Shown here: positions 6,280-13,900 of the stretch, in pieces
Position numbering within the stretch: position 1 is the first letter of the stretch
Layout: every line of letters starts with the position of its first letter
Origin: a virus
Strand: one strand, 5' to 3'
Virus record (IMG/VR): IMGVR_UViG_3300045988_173571
Coordinates: 1 to 41,745 of that record
DNA: 41,745 nucleotides
Translations under genes and position numbers: made by a program
The notes under the pieces: model-generated
The model's database searches: none
What the model was told of the DNA's origin: nothing
The model's input: only the letters and a program-made list of their open reading frames with translations

Positions 6280-6897
6280 TTAGTTGAAACAGCCATTGCC
6301 ATAATAGCAAGAGTTTGGATTTGGTACATTATACGCAGGTATTGCTGTTGGTCGTACCTGTGCAATTATGTTTGCAGTTTGAGCCAAGTTGCTAAGCTGT
6401 CCTTGAGCTGATTGAAGCTGTAAGGAAAGGTCTGCAATTCTTTGGTCTTTTGCATTTGATTCCATTTGACAAAGTTTATCTAAGATATGTTGCGTATTTG
6501 CTGTAGCATTTGTTGTTATAGCACAAGTATTTTGTGCTGCTTCATATCTTACAGCATCTATATTACGATTTGTTTCACAGCAGCAAGCTTGAGCTTGATA
6601 GCCATTTTGTGCAAGTTGCATTTGTAAGTTTGAACCTGCCTGCCAAATATCTTTTTGTGTTTGAAACTGTTGATTTGCTACTTGAGTAAATCCAGTATTT
6701 AGTGTGTTATTTAAATTGCTATAAATAAAATCATTATTGATTGTATTCACACCACTATTTCCTAAGCCACCAATACCACCGCCACCACATAAGAGGATAA
6801 CTAAGAGTAATACCCATACGTTACCGCCCATGCCGTCATTATCTCGGTTCATTTCATAAACGGGGAGTACGCCACCGCCATTCATCATGTCTGCCAT
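6280..6897 (-). CDS. Membrane protein with a Gly-rich TM segment and a Cys-containing Q/N/A-rich helical ectodomain (CCCETNRN motif)
   Basis: 205 aa. RBS gaggtg 6 nt before the ATG. TM segment VWVLLLVILLCGGGGIGGLG. Cysteines at ACCCE, NTCAI, KLCQ and a C-terminal SCYYGNGC. Confidence 0.65.
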   Translation of the reverse strand: MADMMNGGGVLPVYEMNRDNDGMGGNVWVLLLVILLCGGGGIGGLGNSGVNTINNDFIYSNLNNTLNTGFTQVANQQFQTQKDIWQAGSNLQMQLAQNGYQAQACCCETNRNIDAVRYEAAQNTCAITTNATANTQHILDKLCQMESNAKDQRIADLSLQLQSAQGQLSNLAQTANIIAQVRPTAIPAYNVPNPNSCYYGNGCFN

Positions 6898-6971
6898 TTT
6901 TTACACCTCATTTGTGTATTTATTTATTAAAAATTTAGGTGTGCACTCCCCAAAGTTTTAATCTTAAGTTG

Positions 6972-7208
6972 TTAAGGCTTTACGCCCATTTGAGCTAACA
7001 TTTGTTGTAGCTGCTCTTGTGGTATTCCTTGTTTTTGTGCTAGTTGCATTACCATTTGTTGCATTTGCTGTGGGCTTTTTCCTTGTACCATTTGCATTAC
7101 TTGTGCATAGTTTGGATTATTCCCATACATACCTTGCAACATACCTAAAGGATTAGCATTACCCCTTAGTTGGTTCATCATTCCCATTATTTGCATTGGA
7201 TTTATCAT
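6972..7208 (-). CDS. Small Met/Gln-rich protein (78 aa; 14 Met, 18 Gln)
   Basis: RBS aaggtggt 7 nt before ATG 7208. A/T-rich third codon positions. Overlaps the 3' end of the upstream gene by 50 nt. Confidence 0.6.
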   Translation of the reverse strand: MINPMQIMGMMNQLRGNANPLGMLQGMYGNNPNYAQVMQMVQGKSPQQMQQMVMQLAQKQGIPQEQLQQMLAQMGVKP

Positions 7209-7638
7209 TTGTCATACCACCTTTTATATAATTTTCTAAGCTGATAATCCTGTTTTCTAATATCTTCACACTGTTTGTATCTGCGTATACAGGCAATTCA
7301 TTTTGCCCTAATGTATATACATTAATAATTGATTGAGCATTCATATCTATGGTTTTCGTATAGATGCAATTTTGAGCAGGGCAAGGAAAATAATGAGTAT
7401 TACCATCTGCTTCTATCAAGATTGCTTTCACTTCTTCAACGTTTGTTACCACTCGCCCCTTAAGTCCAGTAGGTATCATCTGCTGTTGATTTTGTGGTTG
7501 ATTAGTAAATTGTGTATTGACCTGCTGATATGGGTTCATCTGATTATAATTTTGTGGTTGTCGCTGTTGCTGTTGAAAATTAGGATTATAATATGGATTC
7601 ATATTTTGATTTTGATAAAATGGTGTATTCTCAAACAT
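7159..7638 (-). CDS. Protein with a Q/N/Y/P-rich prion-like N-terminus and a globular C-terminal domain
   Basis: 159 aa. 29 of the first 55 residues are Q or N. RBS gaggtgg. Confidence 0.7.
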   Translation of the reverse strand: MFENTPFYQNQNMNPYYNPNFQQQQRQPQNYNQMNPYQQVNTQFTNQPQNQQQMIPTGLKGRVVTNVEEVKAILIEADGNTHYFPCPAQNCIYTKTIDMNAQSIINVYTLGQNELPVYADTNSVKILENRIISLENYIKGGMTNDKSNANNGNDEPTKG

Positions 7639-7671
7639 CTTGCCACCTCATTTCTTTAATTTAATTATAGA

Positions 7672-7764
7672 TGAAAAAATAAAGGCTAAAGTGTCGATAA
7701 AGCTTATAGTTTATGGGGTTTAAACCGTCATAAATCTGTAAAATTTATCTACTCTTTAGCCTTT
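7672..7764 (-). other. Structured intergenic element: 11-bp closing stem enclosing ~62 nt, followed by a T-run
   Basis: aaaggctaaag (7681-7691) pairs with ctttagccttt (7754-7764). Inner stems ataaat/atttat and ggttt/aaacc. Minus strand continues attttttc. Confidence 0.35.
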
Positions 7765-7767
7765 TTA

Positions 7768-8016
7768 TTATATGAATTTACTTTTTATCAGCGACTTACT
7801 TATAAGGTCATAGCTTCTTTTAATGTCTCTCTGGATTGTTTCTTCAGATAGGTTCATCATTTGAGCTATTTTCACTATTTCTATATTCTTAAGTATTCGC
7901 AGTTCTATTATTTTTTGCTGTCTAGGAGTAATCTTCGCATGATATAAGATATCTTCAAACGCTTGTCTATCTGCATTTATAAGCCAGTATCTGGCATTTT
8001 TTCTATTTTTATCCAT
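7768..8016 (-). CDS. Sigma-70 region-4-like HTH protein (82 aa), probable late-gene transcription regulator
   Basis: ITPRQQKIIELRILKNIEIVKIAQMMNLSEETIQRDIKRSYDLI matches the region 4 (LTPRQREV..L..S..EIA..LG.S..TV) pattern. No regions 2 or 3. Confidence 0.7.
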   Translation of the reverse strand: MDKNRKNARYWLINADRQAFEDILYHAKITPRQQKIIELRILKNIEIVKIAQMMNLSEETIQRDIKRSYDLISKSLIKSKFI

Positions 8017-8029
8017 GACCTTATTCCTT

Positions 8030-8479
8030 TTATTTTCTCATCACTTTATCATCAGCGAATTGTGCCAGTTTATCCTTGAATTTTTGGGGTACTGGTACAC
8101 CACAATTTGCTACATTTTCTAATATAGATAATCCCTCGTTTCCTAAGTAAAATAATGCAATAATATTGCGAGTCAAATCGTTTTGACCAATAGCATTATC
8201 AAAGAAGTGGCCAAGCATGACCATGATTAAAATTACGCCTTTTCGCTTTAATCCGTTCCAACCTTTTCTGCTGTCTAGCTTTTTGTGAGGATTTATCCAT
8301 GCAGACATGACCCCTGTTATATAATCAAAAAACATAAATACAATCAAAGTTTCTAAAAGCGGGGACCATTGCCCTAAAAAATAATTAACCACAGTACCAC
8401 AAAAAGCCACTATAACACCTACTTCTATTTCTAATCTTACTGGTATCAATGATTTTAAAAATATACTAAGCTCCTGCAT
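8030..8479 (-). CDS. Holin (Phage_holin_4_1 / Hol44-like, 3 TM)
   Basis: FDYITGVMSAW...SRKGWNGLKRKGVILIMV...GNEGLSILENVANCGVPVP is characteristic of this Firmicutes phage holin family. gaggtg lies 6 nt before ATG 8479. Confidence 0.8.
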   Translation of the reverse strand: MQELSIFLKSLIPVRLEIEVGVIVAFCGTVVNYFLGQWSPLLETLIVFMFFDYITGVMSAWINPHKKLDSRKGWNGLKRKGVILIMVMLGHFFDNAIGQNDLTRNIIALFYLGNEGLSILENVANCGVPVPQKFKDKLAQFADDKVMRK

Positions 8480-8498
8480 TTTCATCACCTCATTATCA

Positions 8499-8579
8499 AC
8501 TTTACTTTTTAGCTAAATCTACACACCTACTTTACTTTTAAAGTCAAGTAAATGTATAGATTTTTGCAAAAAGTAAAGT
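8499..8579. repeat. Three copies of the 11-mer ACTTTACTTTT (two direct, one inverted) upstream of the holin gene
   Basis: Copies at 8499-8509 and 8529-8539 (direct, 30 bp apart) and 8569-8579 (reverse complement). A related AAAAGTAAAG is at 32960-32969 next to late element B. Confidence 0.5.
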
Positions 8580-8583
8580 AAAC

Positions 8584-8883
8584 TTAAAATTCCTTTTTAT
8601 ATAGCGGTATCACTCCGCCCAAAACTGTAGCACCGATATCCGATTTACTGAATGTATCATCTACCCATTTTTCTTTTGCATAAGCAAGAAATGCCACTGT
8701 TGCCACCGCTTCAAGCTTACTCATGCCTGCATGTTGAAGTTCATTAGATATTACATAGCCAACACCAAAATGAGCAAATTTATCTGTACCTATATCATCT
8801 TGTATATCATGAAGGCTACTAGCAAAGCATGATATACAAGATGATATTAATAACATTGTCAGTATAATTATTTTTCTTAACAT
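8584..8883 (-). CDS. Small lipoprotein (99 aa)
   Basis: Strong RBS aaaggagag before ATG 8883. Signal peptide MLRKIIILTMLLISSC with a lipobox-like ISSC. The mature part, DKFAHFGVGY...KE..D, is reminiscent of YfiM/DUF2279-type lipoproteins. Confidence 0.6.
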   Translation of the reverse strand: MLRKIIILTMLLISSCISCFASSLHDIQDDIGTDKFAHFGVGYVISNELQHAGMSKLEAVATVAFLAYAKEKWVDDTFSKSDIGATVLGGVIPLYKKEF

Positions 8884-8897
8884 TATTCTCTCTCCTT

Positions 8898-10931
8898 TCA
8901 AGCGTCTGCTTGCCATGAAGCAATTCTTGTCCATCTTTTAAATGTTATACTATTATTAAAACCTAGACCATATCTTACATATAATGTTATTGTTTGGTCT
9001 GTTTCTAGAGTGTAAGCTTTTTGTAAAATATAAGCTTGGTTATTATTCCATGATTGAGGGGAACGTACTACTTCTAGCATTGTGTTTACATTTTTAGGAG
9101 CATTTTGTGCTGAAGGAAGCATAAAATAAGTACCTTCATATATAGCGTTATTAGCATTATCTATGCCTTGTGATTTTAGTCTATGCCAATTATCAAAAAA
9201 GGCATTATCGTTATTGTTACCAGCTATAGTTGTTGCTACAAAGGTGTAACTATTATAATCTGGAGTATCTGCTTTAACTACTTTAGCATTAGCGTTTTTA
9301 GATGTAAAAAAATAACTACCTATATCTGTAACTCTAGCACCATTATTTAAGACATATATAGCACCGCTATCAGTATCAGCTAGGTGGAAGAAGCAATCCC
9401 TAGTCCATACATCTACATGACTACTATCTGTGTTTTGTGTATTTATAACTCTTATAGCATATTGCGTTGTATCTGCATAACAACGAGTAAACACTGTACC
9501 AAAGCCTAGTGAAGCATTATCTGTATTATCTATCTCTGCTAGACAGCTATCTGTTACTATACCGCTATCAGGTAGTAACCAGTGGTGCATATTTGTCACC
9601 ATTGTTTTATCTCTTAGATAAATCCCCTTATGAACCCCTTCACTAAATATGTCCGTGAAAAAATTGTCGACATTACCGCAACGAATGGAAGTAGAACCAG
9701 TCCATTCTGTAGTATTTTTAAAGTACATATTATTACCTCTAAACCAATAAGAAGGTATATTATTTGGATTTGTATGCACTCCATAAAGCTTAAAATTTCT
9801 ACATGACACATCTTGATAAGAAAAGTAATTATAACTACTTGCTCCAAAACAACACTTAGCTTTATCATTGGCATCTAAAATACCACCTATAATACTACCA
9901 TTCCATTTAGTAGTCCCCCACCTACCAAGACGCACTAGATATTCTAAGTCCTCCGTGTTTGTAAATATTCTTGCGTTTTTTTCCATTCTTATACTACGTG
10001 GAAAATCTGTACTTGTTTCCAAAGTTTCAGATATTAGGTAATCACCATCAGGAAAATAAGCTGTTATACCTTTTATATAAGGGTTACCTGTCAAAAATAT
10101 TTTATTCTTTAAGACATTTGTATCATCATGGACGCCATCTCCGTATGCACCCATTTGTTTAACATTTAAAACGTCTTGTATTATTAAGTATGCATATAAT
10201 CTTTTTTGTAAAGTTATAATACTAGCTTCATCAGCTTCATCTTCACCTATATTATCTGTTATTAAATAATCAGCTCCACCACCATCATTTGGTTGATAGA
10301 AGCCTTGTGTTTTTATCAATCCTCCTGTTTTTAGATTATTGGCTTGCTTCATGCTCTCTACATTCGGGAAAGTTCGTATATTTATTGATTGAGCATTAGC
10401 ATTAGCATTTTGTGCATACTCTTGTGCTTCATTTGCTGATTGCTGGGCATTTTGTGCGGATTGGTTAGCGTCTGCTACGTTTTGTTTTATATCAGTCAGC
10501 AGTTCATCTGGTTTTACTTCACTGCCCATATCTACTTTTACAGAACGTTCAAGGGCTTCTTTCATCTCTTGGGATATCATGGTATTTTTATCTGTTCCAT
10601 TTTCTACAAAAGGCAGTGGATATTTAGAGCCAAAATCTATTTCTTGTGTTAGTGGTGTTTGTCTGTAAACTACTAACTTTTGATTTGCTTGTAGTACTGG
10701 TGGTATCTGTGCTTCTGGTGGTTCTTGTCCGCTTTGATATCCAGGATAAATCACTTCGTTTTTCTCACTGTCTACGAAAAAATCTTTAGTGAGTTCTGTT
10801 TGTACTTGTGTATCTATATCATAAATAGCCACATGTATATGTGCTTTATCGTTATATTTGAATTTGAATGGGAAATGGGTTGTCTGCCCATTCCCTACAT
10901 AGATAACCTTTGTTGTTTGGTCTTGTATCAT
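8898..10931 (-). CDS. Tailspike / tail fiber with a pectate-lyase-type beta-helix domain
   Basis: 677 aa. NVKQMGAYGDGVHDDTNVLKN matches the GA.GDG..DDT motif of Pectate_lyase_3 tailspikes. Has an N-terminal virion-attachment-like domain and an Ala/Gln/Asn coiled segment. Confidence 0.8.
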   Translation of the reverse strand: MIQDQTTKVIYVGNGQTTHFPFKFKYNDKAHIHVAIYDIDTQVQTELTKDFFVDSEKNEVIYPGYQSGQEPPEAQIPPVLQANQKLVVYRQTPLTQEIDFGSKYPLPFVENGTDKNTMISQEMKEALERSVKVDMGSEVKPDELLTDIKQNVADANQSAQNAQQSANEAQEYAQNANANAQSINIRTFPNVESMKQANNLKTGGLIKTQGFYQPNDGGGADYLITDNIGEDEADEASIITLQKRLYAYLIIQDVLNVKQMGAYGDGVHDDTNVLKNKIFLTGNPYIKGITAYFPDGDYLISETLETSTDFPRSIRMEKNARIFTNTEDLEYLVRLGRWGTTKWNGSIIGGILDANDKAKCCFGASSYNYFSYQDVSCRNFKLYGVHTNPNNIPSYWFRGNNMYFKNTTEWTGSTSIRCGNVDNFFTDIFSEGVHKGIYLRDKTMVTNMHHWLLPDSGIVTDSCLAEIDNTDNASLGFGTVFTRCYADTTQYAIRVINTQNTDSSHVDVWTRDCFFHLADTDSGAIYVLNNGARVTDIGSYFFTSKNANAKVVKADTPDYNSYTFVATTIAGNNNDNAFFDNWHRLKSQGIDNANNAIYEGTYFMLPSAQNAPKNVNTMLEVVRSPQSWNNNQAYILQKAYTLETDQTITLYVRYGLGFNNSITFKRWTRIASWQADA

Positions 10932-10933
10932 CT

Positions 10934-13900
10934 TTAATATCTCCTTACGTTCTTAGATTTCCCCTTTTTCTTTGGTTGTTTCGGTTTTTCTGGTATCACT
11001 CTTTCTACTGGCTTTTTATTAAAGAGTGCAGACCAAATAATATTTTTAAGGTTCGTATCATATCGACCATCACCATCAGCTATATATTGCATAGTGGTGA
11101 AGACACTATTTGCCATGGTACTTGTTATACCTGTTCTAGCTGCAAAAAATGTTGTACCTATTTCGCCTGTAGCTTTTGCTATATCTGCATAGGTTATGCG
11201 TTTTGGTGGCTTTTGGTACTGTTTATCTTCAAGCATGGTCTTTCTTTTCTTTGCCCCTGCCTTCATATATTCAGCTTGCCATTTAGCTTCCTTATCTGCT
11301 ATCTCTAAATCTTTTTCTGCTTTTTTATCTAGCAGTTTATATAGTGCAGTTATCTTTTCACCGCCAGCAAGTGCCACATTAGAAAAGCCAATACCTCTAC
11401 CATAATCTGTACCTTCAAAACTTTCATTGATAAAAAAGCTTGCTATATCTCGTACACCCCACATAGTGCCAGCCATAGTGGATAAAGTATTTTTGCCAAA
11501 CTGTGTCAAAAATCTTTGCATTGCAGGTATCTCTATTTTTTCTTCTGTACCCTCTGCATTTTTCACCTTTTCATATTTATGCTTATCATCATTTCCATCA
11601 CCGAGCAGTGCCATACGTAGCATAGTAGATAATGCAGAAGTAAGCACAATACGATATAGAAAAGACCTTGCCACAGGTAGCCACCTTGTAATATTTTCAC
11701 CCATTGTAGTCGGCTTCATAAATTTTCCTTTATAGTAAGCTTGCAAGATAGCATTAGCCTGCGTATTAAAGAAAGTGTAAAAAGGTGTAAATAATTTCAG
11801 CAACTCTCCACCTTTTTGGATAGATGCTAAATCTTTTGTCTGTCCACTTCCGAATACTTCACGAATAGATTTATCAGCTTCAGCAATGGAACGACTTTCA
11901 GCTTCAGCCAAGATTTCTTTATCTGTTAAGAATCTAAGCTCACTCGCATTATCTAGCTCTACTTCCGCCATATATAAATCTTTTTGTAGTTGATTTAATT
12001 CTTCTCTTGTATTTACAAAAGTCTTAAAATCCCCCACTTGATTTATATTTGTACCTTGCACATCAAAATTTGATTTCAATGCATTTTGTTGCAGGTCCAT
12101 TATTCTAGCTCTGATTGTAGATACCTTAGCTTGTGCATTTTGCAATTTTTCTACATTAGCTTCATTTTCTTTTTTTACCTCATTAAGTTTTTTAGCATAG
12201 GCATCTTTATAGCTTCTACACCATAACGGAGCAGAAAACATCAAATCACTATAGGTCATAAGTGTGTATGCATGTTCTTTTAAAAATCCTGTTACTAATC
12301 TATCTTCATCAAATAATCCCGGAATGTATTTTATATCCCTGTCCATATGATTTAGCCTATTCTTCATAAAGATTGATTTATGCAACACTTCTTGATATTT
12401 ACTTATATTTGTATAGTAATCTGCTATTGCTACTAAAGATTTCATAGCACCTAATTTATCCATCATTGGTGCAATGTTGGTCATATTTTCAATTATTGGA
12501 TAAAGTCTATATCCCATTATTGCAAATGTGGAATTTGTTCTTAAATAGCTAAGCATTTTAGACACTTTTTGCACTGTTTTATTATTACTAGCTTCTGGTA
12601 TCACTCGCCAATTATCCACTGCCCATTCATCTAATACCTGGTATATTTCTTTACCCATAGTTCTATTTACATATTCTTCAAATTGTTTATTTTTTACTAA
12701 TCTATAAACATCTCTTGCTGGTATTCTATGCGTTATATTGTGGATTACATTTGATAAATGGTCAGGTATTACACTAAATTCTAAAAGCAACGCTCTATCA
12801 ATATTTGCCTGTGAACGTGCCTTTGTAAATCCTCTGCCAGTGCCTAATACTTGTGCACCGCTCATAGTACGTCTTACCGCTTCATTTACCTCTTGTTCAT
12901 TGGCTCTATTGCTCTTTAGTGGATTAGCTACTATAGGATAATAGCCACCTTCTAAATGCAATATCTCGCCATCAGGTAACTTCACATCAAATGGTGTTGG
13001 CTGTTGCGGTTTTAGTGTTACGCCGTTTAATTCTTGCTCTACCCTTACTGTATCTTTCCAGAAAGAATGTAAATGATTCCATATATCTTGTACCATTTGC
13101 CAATCCTTTTTGGTCATATGCTTTTCAACAAATTCTTTGAGATATTCTTCTGTCAAGCCAAATCCTACAGCAAGACGGCTTCTATTTATATCATTACCTA
13201 GGTTTAGAGCCATACAGATAATATTTTCTTTTGATAGATTTTCTACTGTACCATCTTCAAATTCCAATTTATACTGCTGTTTCTTCCATGATAATTTTTC
13301 ACTATGGCTATAATCTTTTAAAATTTCTTTTATCTTATATACGTTTTTGGTCATCATTTCAGCTTCAAGATTAGATGCTCGCTCATACGTTTCATACAGA
13401 TATTTATGAGCTTTTGTTCCCAAAATATTTATTATTTCTTCTGGTTTCATCATGGAACTTAAATATTTTGCACCGCCACGAGCCATAGCGTCCCCAATAA
13501 GTGGTATCTTATCCACTAAATCGTTATAGCCAAGACCGCCTTTATCTGGATTTATCTTTTTATTTATTACCATTGACCTGTTATAAGCAGTATCATCAAG
13601 TATTATTTCATTTATAGCATCATCTATAGATTTCCCCTGTATAGTTTTTAGCTTGAATTTATCTCTACCTGTTGTATATAAGATATCTAGTGCTTCCACT
13701 GCGTCCTCGAATTGGGCTATAGTCATAGATTGATAACCGCTGAAATCACTACGGCTTGTTATCTCTAATATATCTGTTGGGGTATATTCTAAATCCAAGC
13801 TGTCTTGTAATCCCTTGAATAAATCTGCAAGTGGTGTTATTCCGTCTACAGGTGGATTAGCATCTTTATTTGTGATACCTAAGATATAGGCTAAATGTTT

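Noticed and set aside
8584-8883. The lipoprotein (8584..8883) plus the TM/helical protein (3417..3854) as an o-spanin/i-spanin pair, implying a diderm host.
   Set aside because: The genes are 4.7 kb apart and not adjacent, embedded or overlapped as spanin genes are. Other markers (Hol44-type holin, LQLFA scaffold N-terminus, BclA-C-like domain, dual wall hydrolase in an ejection protein) point to a monoderm low-GC host. Host envelope type remains unproven.
8898-10931. A diversity-generating retroelement, looked for because several virion genes recalled BPP-1-like podoviruses.
   Set aside because: No reverse transcriptase ORF exists anywhere in the circle, and I noticed no template/variable repeat pair near the tailspike 3' end.
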